Below the pieces are notes generated by a model, which did no database searches, had not been told where the DNA came from, and saw only the letters and a program-made list of their open reading frames with translations. Positions 38,980 to 48,471 of a stretch of 64,000 nucleotides of DNA are shown here, in pieces; the stretch's first letter is position 1, and every line of letters begins with the position of its first letter. The stretch is from IMG/VR virus record IMGVR_UViG_3300044729_002129, positions 32,001-96,000 of that record; one strand, written 5' to 3'. Both the position numbers and the translations under genes were made by a program. Origin of the DNA: a virus.

Positions 38980-39733
38980 GAATTGTATATTAATGGTCGC
39001 TATTGAGGATGAATTGTCTAAACATTCTCATAAAACTTATTTTGAACACACCATCAATAGTTGGCAATATTATTGTGACAAGCATAATATTGACTTTTAT
39101 GTAATCAGAAGCAAAAGACCAGACGTTAAGTATAGTGTTTGGCACAAAGAATTTGTATTTGATTATGTGGGAGATGATTATGAAAAAATCGGTGTTGTTG
39201 ACTTTGATACAATGATCAAATGGGATGCTCCTAACATCTTTGATTTATATGACGATGAATTCTGCGGTGTATTGGATAATGTTTCGATTCAATGGATTGA
39301 TAAAAGTCTAAAGGCTTTTAGATCTTCATTTGAAGAGTTGTCTGATGTTCCTATGACACTATCTCAATATATTAATGGCGGAGTATTATTTTTTCATAAA
39401 TCACACAAACCATTTTTTGAAAAGCTCAAGAACTTTTATTTGACAAATAAAGATAAAATGGATAATTGGAGTATTCCAGGTGTTGGGAAAGAACAATCTA
39501 TTTTGAATTTATTCTTGGTTAAAGAAGGTATCAAAAGAAAAACTCTACCATATTGTTGGAATACGGTTGGAATGATAAAGAAGGGAATGTTGTGGCACAA
39601 TGATAAATTGGATGATAAAACCACATTTTTATTTAAATATGGTTATATCTGGCATTTCACTGGATTCCCTATTCAAGACAGAAACAATCTAATCAACGAC
39701 GTTTGGAAAAACACAAATCAATTCTACAGATGA
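38972..39733 (+). CDS. Glycosyltransferase (GT8/GT34-like)
   Basis: SWQYYC, VVDFDTMI..DAPNIF, YINGGV, EQS.LN, WN, IWHFTG. Confidence 0.75.
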   Translation: MAKNCILMVAIEDELSKHSHKTYFEHTINSWQYYCDKHNIDFYVIRSKRPDVKYSVWHKEFVFDYVGDDYEKIGVVDFDTMIKWDAPNIFDLYDDEFCGVLDNVSIQWIDKSLKAFRSSFEELSDVPMTLSQYINGGVLFFHKSHKPFFEKLKNFYLTNKDKMDNWSIPGVGKEQSILNLFLVKEGIKRKTLPYCWNTVGMIKKGMLWHNDKLDDKTTFLFKYGYIWHFTGFPIQDRNNLINDVWKNTNQFYR

Positions 39734-40503
39734 AAAATATCATTTTAATTCCAGCAGTAGTATCGTCCAATAATGAAAAGAAACTTCGTAATACTCCTCT
39801 TATTACAAAGATCTATGAATACAGCATAAATAGTTGGAAGCATTTTGCTAAAAAATATGATTGTCAAGTGGTTGTATTGGATGAACCATTGATGGATACC
39901 AATATTACCAGTTTAGCTTGGCAACGTTATTATGCGTTGGACTTGTTGGAACAAAGCAATATTAAGTATAATCAAGTATTGATAGTTGATGCTGATACTA
40001 TTGTACATCCAAATTGTCCTAACTTCTTTGAATTAACCAACAACAAATATACAGGTGTACATGATGGTGTTGTATATGAATGGGTCATTCGTAGTACTGA
40101 GTGTTATAGCAAATTACTATTCAACGATTATAAATTAGATGTGTGGAAATATATCAATGGTGGATTTCAAATATTCAATGAATCTCACAAAGGTCATTTA
40201 AACTATCTAAAAGAATTTTATCTTGAAAATCGTGAACATATTTATCAATTAGAATCTACTATCAAGCTTGGTACAGATCAAACTCCTATGAATTTCTTAC
40301 TTCAAATGAATAACGTTGACGTAAATATTCTACCATATGAATATAATATGATGGGTTTGTTCTTGACGGATGGTTTAACTGATGATTTAATTTTTACAGA
40401 TTATGGATGGGTTTACCATTTTAATGGTATTCCTGATACTAGTTATGGTACAAAGGTTGAGTACTATATGAACAAAACCTATAATAAGTTATATAAACCA
40501 TGA
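39730..40503 (+). CDS. Glycosyltransferase (GT8/GT34-like), paralog of previous; start corrected to MKNIILIP
   Basis: ATGA overlap; IVDADTIVHPNCPNFF, YINGGF, DQTPMN, YN, VYHFNG. Confidence 0.78.
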   Translation: MKNIILIPAVVSSNNEKKLRNTPLITKIYEYSINSWKHFAKKYDCQVVVLDEPLMDTNITSLAWQRYYALDLLEQSNIKYNQVLIVDADTIVHPNCPNFFELTNNKYTGVHDGVVYEWVIRSTECYSKLLFNDYKLDVWKYINGGFQIFNESHKGHLNYLKEFYLENREHIYQLESTIKLGTDQTPMNFLLQMNNVDVNILPYEYNMMGLFLTDGLTDDLIFTDYGWVYHFNGIPDTSYGTKVEYYMNKTYNKLYKP

Positions 40504-41183
40504 AATATACGATTTGCACCGTTGTTAATGACATTTACTTAGAATTTTTATATTACTTTACTAAGTCTGCGTTGGAAAAATGTCCAAATATGGATCAGTT
40601 GATAATTCTCTATACAGGAGAAAACTTTTCACAAGATCCAATCTTTAATAATAGTAGAGTAAAAATAGCAAAATATTCTAATCCAATCAAAACCCAGAAC
40701 ATTTGGGATTCTGGTTGGCAACAAAATATTGATCTTAAAACTCAGTTTCTTCGTGATTTAGCTACCAAGTCAAATCAGCCAATTTTCTTGGTGGATGTTG
40801 ATTGTTATTTTCTAAAAGAATTTATTGATGTTGTTGATACATCCAAAGATATTTTAGTAACTAAACGAGTACATAGTTCTCCATATATAGCGTCATTTGT
40901 TGGTCTTATTAAGCCAGATAAATGTATATCTTTTATCGACGAATGGAGAAATCAAATGAGTTTGATTAAAACTATACCAAAGGAAACTACGGCGTTGGTA
41001 AAAACCATACCAATAATGAAAGATGAGATTGCAATTCAAGAGGTACCCGATACTACCATTAGTTGTATAAACTTTCAATCTCCACCACCAGAAGCTAGAA
41101 TCTTACACTTTAAAGGTACTAGAGTTGGAGATGCTGTAGAATTAGTAAAGAAAAGGCTCGAAAATCTAAAATCTATTGTATAA
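40500..41183 (+). CDS. Putative GT-A nucleotide-diphospho-sugar transferase
   Basis: FLVDVDCYF (DxD), FIDEW, ILHFKG. Confidence 0.6.
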   Translation: MKYTICTVVNDIYLEFLYYFTKSALEKCPNMDQLIILYTGENFSQDPIFNNSRVKIAKYSNPIKTQNIWDSGWQQNIDLKTQFLRDLATKSNQPIFLVDVDCYFLKEFIDVVDTSKDILVTKRVHSSPYIASFVGLIKPDKCISFIDEWRNQMSLIKTIPKETTALVKTIPIMKDEIAIQEVPDTTISCINFQSPPPEARILHFKGTRVGDAVELVKKRLENLKSIV

Positions 41184-42502
41184 TGTGTAGTTTTTATTTT
41201 AGTAATCAATATCTAGGTAATCTTGAAGAACTCAATAAGTTCTTGAAGCCAAGAGGTCCAGACTATACCAATTTGGTAGAAGTTGATGATTATACATTGG
41301 TTCATAATCTATTGAGTTTGACGGGTGAGTTTACTATTCAACCACTAAGTAAGAACAACATACATGTGTTGTTTAATGGAGAAATTTATAACTTCAAAGA
41401 CTTTGATTCAAATGCAAAGTGTGATAGTGAAGTTATCATAGATCTGTATCAGAAGTATGGTCCAGAGTTTACCAGAAAATTAGATGGTGAATATGCTATT
41501 TTGATCTTGGATTTAAATACCAAACGAATCATTTTCTCAACAGATACCTTTAGAACCAAGCCGTTATTTTATAGTATTGAAGACAAAGCTATATCTGTTT
41601 CTACATATACTACTCCTATCTTGTTATCAAATTTTAAGAAGGCAAATAAGGTAGAAGCCAATACAACTTATATTTATGATATTAAATCTGGGCAATTAAC
41701 TACCAGAACAATTACTAACTTCAATCTTGACCAATACAAAAATAATGTAGATGATTGGATCTCAAAGTTTGATAGAGCTATTGAAAAAAGAACCAAGTTT
41801 TCTGCCGATAAGAAGTTCTTTATAGGACTTAGTAGTGGATATGATAGTGGAATTATAAGTTGTGCGTTGAATAAAACTGGTATTGACTACAAAGCATATA
41901 GCGTTGCTGCATCTGAAAATATTGATATAATCAAACAAAGATTTAATCTTATCAAGAATAAGGAGTTGATTAATCTTAAAAAGTCTGAATTTGATTATCA
42001 GTCTGCAAATTTGTTTGGTATTAAATGTGAAGATTTCACCAGTCAGGATTTAAGTATTAATATAAGATCAGATAAAGCGTGTTATGGACTTGCTCATATT
42101 TGTACATTAGCTCAAAGAGATAGTAGAAAAATATATATCTCTGGTCAAGGTGCCGATGAGATCATTTCTGACTATGGTATGAACGGCAATAAAATCTATG
42201 GTCATAGTACATTCGGTGGTGTGTTTCCATCTGATCTAAAGTCTGTGTTTCCGTGGAGAAATTTCTTCAAGGGTACTCAAGAACTTTATATATCTAAAGA
42301 AGAATATGTTGCTGGATCGTTTGGTATAGAATCAAGATATCCATTCTTGGATTTGGACTTGGTTCAAGAATATTTAAATTTGTCGGTTGACGTAAAAAAT
42401 AAAAAGTATAAGCATGTGATCCACGAATATTTATTGGAAAACAATTTTCCGTTTGAACAAAATAAGAAAATTGGGTTTCAAGCAAATAAAAATTTATTAT
42501 GA
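41183..42502 (+). CDS. asnB: Asparagine synthetase-like glutamine amidotransferase (probable sugar amidation)
   Basis: N-terminal MC (Ntn Cys), RGPD, FNGEIYN, LDGEYA, KPLFY, LSSGYDS, SGQGADE, ESRYPFLD. Confidence 0.88.
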   Translation: MCSFYFSNQYLGNLEELNKFLKPRGPDYTNLVEVDDYTLVHNLLSLTGEFTIQPLSKNNIHVLFNGEIYNFKDFDSNAKCDSEVIIDLYQKYGPEFTRKLDGEYAILILDLNTKRIIFSTDTFRTKPLFYSIEDKAISVSTYTTPILLSNFKKANKVEANTTYIYDIKSGQLTTRTITNFNLDQYKNNVDDWISKFDRAIEKRTKFSADKKFFIGLSSGYDSGIISCALNKTGIDYKAYSVAASENIDIIKQRFNLIKNKELINLKKSEFDYQSANLFGIKCEDFTSQDLSINIRSDKACYGLAHICTLAQRDSRKIYISGQGADEIISDYGMNGNKIYGHSTFGGVFPSDLKSVFPWRNFFKGTQELYISKEEYVAGSFGIESRYPFLDLDLVQEYLNLSVDVKNKKYKHVIHEYLLENNFPFEQNKKIGFQANKNLL

Positions 42503-43137
42503 AAACAAGAGGTAACTGGAATGCTACGTATGAAAACATGCGTTATACTTATGATCTAAACAAAAATAGTGTTGTACTAGACTTTGGTGGTTTTACAGGT
42601 GGATTCGCTGAAAAGATTACGTCTAAATATGGATGTAAAGTTTATATTTATGAAGCTGTCAATCGTTACTACCAACAGATTGTTAATAAAAATAACCCAA
42701 ACCTAATTCCATTCAATTGTGGTGTGAGTACCCTAAACGGAAAAACTCATATTCACGTATGTGATGAAGGTAGTGCTATTGGCAATTACGCCGAACAAAA
42801 GAAAAAAAATGATAAAAACAGCTCTTATCAAAGTAACGTTGCTAAGTTTGCACACGAACCACCAGAAGAAATTGTTGTTCGTGACGTAGTACAAATACTA
42901 AATGAATATGATCATGTTGATTTGTTAAAGATCAATATTGAAGGAATTGAATATGAAATTCTACCACGAATTATTAGTAGTGGTCATATCAATAAAATAA
43001 AGCATCTACAAATTCAGTTTCATGATTTTGTTAATAATGGTGAGTTTTTGCATGAACACATAACCACAGAATTAAAAAAGAGTCATAACTTGGTGTTTGA
43101 AAGTATGTGGAACTGGTCATTCTTTACAAAGAAATAA
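42499..43137 (+). CDS. FkbM family methyltransferase
   Basis: VVLDFGGFTG, YEAV, DLLKINIEGIEYEIL, QIQFH. Confidence 0.88.
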   Translation: MKTRGNWNATYENMRYTYDLNKNSVVLDFGGFTGGFAEKITSKYGCKVYIYEAVNRYYQQIVNKNNPNLIPFNCGVSTLNGKTHIHVCDEGSAIGNYAEQKKKNDKNSSYQSNVAKFAHEPPEEIVVRDVVQILNEYDHVDLLKINIEGIEYEILPRIISSGHINKIKHLQIQFHDFVNNGEFLHEHITTELKKSHNLVFESMWNWSFFTKK

Positions 43138-43138
43138 T

Positions 43139-43924
43139 ATGCCTCATGTAACGTCAGGTGGCGGTGGTATGGGTAATCAGATAAAAAAGTTTATCTCAGC
43201 TCTTAGATTGCATCCAGAATCCAAGAGTCACATGTGCTATTTTGGAAATATATTCAAAGACAAAACCCTATGTCAGTTGGATTCCAAACAACAATATACA
43301 CCTCTTAATACATGGAGAATAGTAACTTTGCCGTCAGATTCAGAAATACCTGCTGGATTTTGTAAATTTTCTACGTCAGACAAAGGATTTCATAATTGTG
43401 ATGTTAATGGTCGTAACGTTGATCATGAATATCTTAGAATACCACATAGTTTTAGAAAAAAAATAATCAATCTAGTTCAAAATAGATTACAATATAGTGA
43501 TTTAGTAAACAATAAAGTCGATGATTTTATTAAAAATCATGGAAGTTATAGTTCGGTTCATATTCGTAGTTTTAAAGCAGATAACTTTTCCAATGATAAA
43601 TCATCACGATACGCTTTGGAACGACATTTAAACTGGGTAAATGTTGGCCGACAAACGTGTATAGACTACATCAATAACTTGTCTGACAATAAAATATTGA
43701 TATCATCTGACTCTCAATCAGAATTTAATCTGGTAAAATCTCAATGTCACAACAAGCAATTTATTAGATATGTAACAAACAATTCTGAAAGATCACATGA
43801 AGATGATTTTATAGACATGGTTTTGTTATCCAAAGGAAATCATATGGTTCTAAACACCATAAGTACATATTCAGAAGTTGCTTGGTATTTAAGTGGTTGT
43901 AATGAAAATATACATCTATGTTAA
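43139..43924 (+). CDS. Fucosyltransferase-like protein (NodZ/GT23 or GT11); start corrected to MPHVTSG
   Basis: GGMGNQI, SVHIRS, ISSDS, IDMVLLSK, STYS. Confidence 0.7.
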   Translation: MPHVTSGGGGMGNQIKKFISALRLHPESKSHMCYFGNIFKDKTLCQLDSKQQYTPLNTWRIVTLPSDSEIPAGFCKFSTSDKGFHNCDVNGRNVDHEYLRIPHSFRKKIINLVQNRLQYSDLVNNKVDDFIKNHGSYSSVHIRSFKADNFSNDKSSRYALERHLNWVNVGRQTCIDYINNLSDNKILISSDSQSEFNLVKSQCHNKQFIRYVTNNSERSHEDDFIDMVLLSKGNHMVLNTISTYSEVAWYLSGCNENIHLC

Positions 43925-44748
43925 GATATGATAATTCAATTATTGTTATACTAGATGGTGGTCTTGGAAATAAGTTCAATGGACTATTTCAGTGTATATA
44001 TTTGTCTAATCTACACCACAAGAAATTAGTTATTAACAACCTCAGAAATCACTCAACCGATTTTGATTTGAGATTGTTGCTTGAGTTTAATTTTGAGTAT
44101 ATTGAAAATACACTTACTGACTTAGATAAGAAATTAGACCCATCCATTCCATTATACGCACATAGACAAGATATCAAATATAACAGATTAGTATTTTTAA
44201 ACCAATCTATTCAAAATCACAATTCATTTGCATATCTAACCAATAACATTCATGTACCTACGTCGAATCTCAAAGATTGTTATAGTAGTGTAAAAATAAA
44301 CAACTATGTTAAAAATGAGGTGCTTAGATTTGTACTATCAAATAACATAGATAAAAACACACTAGGTCTTCACATAAGAGCGTCCGATTTTCCATCCAGA
44401 GACTCAAATATTGAGTTTGCCAAGAACTTTATTGATAAAAATCAAGACAAAAAAATCTTTGTATGTACCGATGAAAAAGAAGTAGAACAATCACTAAAAT
44501 CAAATAAAAACCTAATATTTTATCCAAAATTATATTATACCGAAAAGTTTGACAAGTCGAGTGGTTGGAATGGATCCATCGTTGACAATGATAATAGAAG
44601 ATGGAACTATAACGCTGCAAGAAACGAACCATCAATGATAGAAGCATTTATAGAAATGTTGATATTATCAAAAACAACCATTAATGGTAATCCAAAAAGT
44701 TCATTTTTAGGATGGTCTAAACGATTTGGAGAAAGCAATTTAATATGA
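43918..44748 (+). CDS. Fucosyltransferase-like protein (NodZ/GT23 or GT11)
   Basis: GGLGNK, GLHIRASD, FVCTD, AFIEMLILSK, SSF. Confidence 0.75.
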   Translation: MLRYDNSIIVILDGGLGNKFNGLFQCIYLSNLHHKKLVINNLRNHSTDFDLRLLLEFNFEYIENTLTDLDKKLDPSIPLYAHRQDIKYNRLVFLNQSIQNHNSFAYLTNNIHVPTSNLKDCYSSVKINNYVKNEVLRFVLSNNIDKNTLGLHIRASDFPSRDSNIEFAKNFIDKNQDKKIFVCTDEKEVEQSLKSNKNLIFYPKLYYTEKFDKSSGWNGSIVDNDNRRWNYNAARNEPSMIEAFIEMLILSKTTINGNPKSSFLGWSKRFGESNLI

Positions 44749-45332
44749 ATATAGAAGAATCAAGAAAACTAGAACGAGATAAGTATGAATCTATTTACGT
44801 AGATAAAGATCAACACTATAGAAAAAAAAATGATTCTAGAGGATATGGTCGAGGAAATCATGGAAAAAACATAATGTCATATATATTACGTATAAAACCC
44901 ACATCGGTTTTAGACATAGGATGTGGATTTGGTAATTTTTGTGACTCTATAGAGAAATCAGGAGTTGAAAAAGTATATGGAATGGACATTGCTTCAGTAA
45001 AAACTGGTAATGTTATCGATAATCCAAACATTAAATTTATAGATGGTGAAGCTCATCAACTTCCGTTTGAAGATAATTCTATAGATATAATAACATCATT
45101 TGATTGTTTAGAACACTGCTTAGAAAACGATATAGATGTAATTTTTGCAGAAATGAACCGAGTTGTTAAAAATAGATGTGTGTTTTCTATTGCATATAGA
45201 CAATCAGGTGAAGATACAAATGGGGTAATACTTCATATGACAGTTAAACCAGAAAGTTGGTGGATTGAGAAATTAAATAAACTATTCACCGTGGAGAAAT
45301 CGGGTGGTTATCTGATATGTATTAAAAGATGA
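44745..45332 (+). CDS. Class I SAM methyltransferase (Methyltransf_11-like)
   Basis: VLDIGCGFG, GMDI, LPFEDNSIDIITSFDCLEH, EMNRV, HMTVKPESWW. Confidence 0.9.
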   Translation: MNIEESRKLERDKYESIYVDKDQHYRKKNDSRGYGRGNHGKNIMSYILRIKPTSVLDIGCGFGNFCDSIEKSGVEKVYGMDIASVKTGNVIDNPNIKFIDGEAHQLPFEDNSIDIITSFDCLEHCLENDIDVIFAEMNRVVKNRCVFSIAYRQSGEDTNGVILHMTVKPESWWIEKLNKLFTVEKSGGYLICIKR

Positions 45333-45369
45333 AAATTAGTTTTATTTTACCAAGTAGATATATATTAAT

Positions 45370-45966
45370 ATGCGGCCAATTGAATCTTCTACAAAATTAA
45401 AAAAGTGTAAAAATTGTGGTTTGATCATGGAAAAATCAAAAACCATGAGTTGGAACACATACCAAACAAAAAAGAAATATTGTTCTAAGAATTGTGGTAC
45501 TATTTTTCAATTTCGTAATGGAATGCCTAACACACACAAACAAAAAATTTCCGATTCTCTAAAAGGCAGACAACCTTGGAATTTTAAAAACGCAACTATA
45601 AAAAAATGCATATATTGCGGAAACTCCTATAAGGCGGTTGGTAAACGAAAATATACTGGAAAGTATTGTAGTATGTTATGTAGAACTAAACACGCATATA
45701 TCAACGAAGATATAAATAAAATCAATTATTATAAAAAAGTTTGGAAAATAACCGAATCACAGCCTTTACATTTGTTAGATGGTTATAATCGTTGTAAAAG
45801 AACACGAGTTGATATAGATAAAAATGCTTTTCACATCGATCATATAAAACCAATAATATATGGTTATAAAAATAATATACCTCCCGAAGAAATAGGAAAT
45901 ATCAACAATTTACGTTTTATATCAGCCGTAGAAAATCACAAAAAAAGTAAAAACATTAAATTATGA
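45370..45966 (+). CDS. HNH homing endonuclease-like protein with Zn-ribbon and NUMOD3-like motifs
   Basis: CKNC...YCSKNC, HKQKISDSLKGRQPWN, CIYC...YCSMLC, HIDHIKPI...NLRFISAVENHKK. Confidence 0.8.
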   Translation: MRPIESSTKLKKCKNCGLIMEKSKTMSWNTYQTKKKYCSKNCGTIFQFRNGMPNTHKQKISDSLKGRQPWNFKNATIKKCIYCGNSYKAVGKRKYTGKYCSMLCRTKHAYINEDINKINYYKKVWKITESQPLHLLDGYNRCKRTRVDIDKNAFHIDHIKPIIYGYKNNIPPEEIGNINNLRFISAVENHKKSKNIKL

Positions 45967-47180
45967 ATATTAGTCTGGTTATACCCGCAAGAAACAATCT
46001 AAAATATTTAAAGTGGTGTTACGAATCCCTACGTTCAAATCTAAGCCACAAAGAACACGAAGTATGCGTTGCAGACGATGCTAGTAGTGACGGCACATGG
46101 GATTGGTGTCAAGAAATGATTAAATCAGATCCATATTTCAGAGCTATCCGTAATGATGGTCCAACTAGAAAGGGTATGACTGAATTATATAACACGTTGG
46201 TTCACGATGTGGCTACCAACGACATTGTTATGATTTATCATGCCGACATGTATATTTCAAAGAACGCAGATCTATTAATTGAAAAACATCTCAAACCACA
46301 GACCATTGTGTGTTTGACTCGTATAGAACCACCACTTCATCCTGGTGGACCAGAGAAGATCGTTCAAGACTTTGGTATGGAACCAGAGAACTTTAAAAAA
46401 CAAGCGTTTGACAAGTGGATGATTGACACAAAATTATCTCGCAAAGAAAAGGTTACAGAAGGTGTTTTTGCTCCATGGGCAATTTATAAGGAAGACTTTA
46501 ATAAGATAGGTGGACACGATTTGTTGTTTGCACCAACCTCCAAAGAAGACAGCGATATATTCAATAGATTTTTATTGAGTGGATACAAGTTTATCCAATT
46601 GTGGGAAGCTTGTGTGTATCACTTAACTTGTAGAGGAAGTAGATTCAATCCAACCATTACTTCAATCGGAAAGGATAGTGAAGAGTGGCAAAATCAAAAC
46701 GTCAAGAGTGCCAGAAACTTTATTCGTAAGTGGGGTCATTTTGTAAAACACAATGATACAATGAAACCAATCGTTCCAAATAGATATGACGTTGGTTTTG
46801 TAGTCATGAATATTGATGAATATAAACTGCTTCTATTAGAACCTTGGTGCGATACCATCTATTCTGATGCACCATATGAACGTTATGTGAATGTAGAACA
46901 AAAAAATACACGTATTGATATTTCAAAGAAACTAAAAAGTCTAGAGGATCAACGTACAAACGATGTATTAATTGAGTTTGATGCTACAAAGTTGACCAAT
47001 AAATCTTTTGAGTTTTTCAACATGATACAATTAATGTTGGAAGATAGTGGTCAGATTGGTATCATGGAATATGACATTTTTAAAATCAAAGTTAATAAAT
47101 TGGTTGATTATAAAAATAATCTAATCGATACAAACAATGATTGGTATAAAAAGAAACTATTAATTAAACAAACACTATGA
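45963..47180 (+). CDS. Glycosyltransferase family 2
   Basis: ISLVIPARNN, VADDASSDGT, YHADMY, IGGHD, KEDSDIFNR, VYH. Confidence 0.9.
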   Translation: MNISLVIPARNNLKYLKWCYESLRSNLSHKEHEVCVADDASSDGTWDWCQEMIKSDPYFRAIRNDGPTRKGMTELYNTLVHDVATNDIVMIYHADMYISKNADLLIEKHLKPQTIVCLTRIEPPLHPGGPEKIVQDFGMEPENFKKQAFDKWMIDTKLSRKEKVTEGVFAPWAIYKEDFNKIGGHDLLFAPTSKEDSDIFNRFLLSGYKFIQLWEACVYHLTCRGSRFNPTITSIGKDSEEWQNQNVKSARNFIRKWGHFVKHNDTMKPIVPNRYDVGFVVMNIDEYKLLLLEPWCDTIYSDAPYERYVNVEQKNTRIDISKKLKSLEDQRTNDVLIEFDATKLTNKSFEFFNMIQLMLEDSGQIGIMEYDIFKIKVNKLVDYKNNLIDTNNDWYKKKLLIKQTL

Positions 47181-47554
47181 ACTTAGCAGATTTTAATATT
47201 CCCTTAATCTTCTGGATATCATTTATGATGGTGGTGTGGTTTGAAAGTGATATTGTCCAAACCATTGCAAATCTAACCAATACACGAAACTTGTTGAAGA
47301 TAAATGAGTTTCATAAATACAAAATGGAAGTTGATGTGATGTCTAATTATCCAGATTTTCTGTATAGTGAGTATCCAAGCTACTTTACTAAATTAGTATC
47401 TTGTCCAATTTGTTTATGTTTTTGGTCAACACTAATAACATCCAATCTGTTAGTATACAGCGTTGGTTATAGTCAAATATATGGCTTGTTGATATTTCCT
47501 ATTAATTATATATCTAGTCTAACTATTTATTTAATTATTAAGAAGTTGTTATGA
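47177..47554 (+). CDS. Small membrane protein with CxxC (DUF1360-like)
   Basis: Hydrophobic segments flanking KLVSCPICLCFW. Confidence 0.6.
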   Translation: MNLADFNIPLIFWISFMMVVWFESDIVQTIANLTNTRNLLKINEFHKYKMEVDVMSNYPDFLYSEYPSYFTKLVSCPICLCFWSTLITSNLLVYSVGYSQIYGLLIFPINYISSLTIYLIIKKLL

Positions 47555-47832
47555 CAATTAGTAGCTATCAACAATTTTTCAATTCTATCAAAGGTAAGAA
47601 TCTTCCAATAGAAGGTCAATTATCTAATTGTATTACTTTGTTAAATAACATCTGTAGTTGTAAGAAACAACAAAAAGCTAATAAATCAGAAGAATGTAAT
47701 GTGTTGTACATCACATTCATCAAAACACAATCAGATGCTTATATCAATTTATTTAGAACTATGACTACTGATGAGTATATCGTCTTCAATCATAATGCTC
47801 ATCATGAAATCAAACGTATAAAGTTAAGATAA
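47551..47832 (+). CDS. Hypothetical Cys-containing protein
   Basis: ATGA-coupled 93-aa ORF with ICSCKK. Confidence 0.6.
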   Translation: MTISSYQQFFNSIKGKNLPIEGQLSNCITLLNNICSCKKQQKANKSEECNVLYITFIKTQSDAYINLFRTMTTDEYIVFNHNAHHEIKRIKLR

Positions 47833-48471
47833 ATTGTTTAACACTTTGATTTCAAGCAAAGCATCAGTTACAATTTTTACAATAGTTGCATTCTTTGTAA
47901 TATCCCCACCTTGATTTGACACATCTTCCCATTCAATCTTTAGATCAGCACGCTTTCTAACCTTTGGATCGTTGATTAGTTCATGTTCATTCGGCGCAGT
48001 TTGATAAACCTTAGTTTGTTTATTTTTGCTAAATCTCTTACCTTGAGGCATAGGAGACATTACATACTTGGTAACATGAATCAACTTGCCACCTTGTTTG
48101 TTTTGAAGCCAAGCACATTCATCTTCAATATAGTGATCGTATCGTATATCAGTGATAAATACCACATCCGCATTTGATTTACCAAGACGTTGTTCAACCT
48201 TTTGAGTCCAATATTTACCCTCAGTAATTTTACGCATTACATCACCATAGGCAACCAATAGTGGTCTGATAATGTTTTTCTCTTCAGTATTTTCTGTAAA
48301 TACATCAATACCAGTTTTTGCATGAATCAAATCTTTGAGATCGCTTTTGAGTTCATAAGCCAAAGCAAACCTCTCCGTTTTAAGACCACGTTGTTTTAAT
48401 ACTTCTTGTGCTACGGTTGTAAATAAATCCTTACCACTACGAGCAACTCCTGATATGCCGATTAATTTCAT
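47824..48471 (-). CDS. Deoxynucleoside monophosphate kinase (T4 gp1-like)
   Basis: LIGISGVARSGKD (P-loop), FALAYELK, IRPLL, ITDIRY...E. Confidence 0.85.
   Translation of the reverse strand: MKLIGISGVARSGKDLFTTVAQEVLKQRGLKTERFALAYELKSDLKDLIHAKTGIDVFTENTEEKNIIRPLLVAYGDVMRKITEGKYWTQKVEQRLGKSNADVVFITDIRYDHYIEDECAWLQNKQGGKLIHVTKYVMSPMPQGKRFSKNKQTKVYQTAPNEHELINDPKVRKRADLKIEWEDVSNQGGDITKNATIVKIVTDALLEIKVLNNLS

Noticed and set aside
3689-47180. Bacterial O-antigen or capsule locus
   Set aside because: No Wzx/Wzy/Wzz/ABC transporter or initiating transferase, and it is interleaved with T4-like phage replisome genes.
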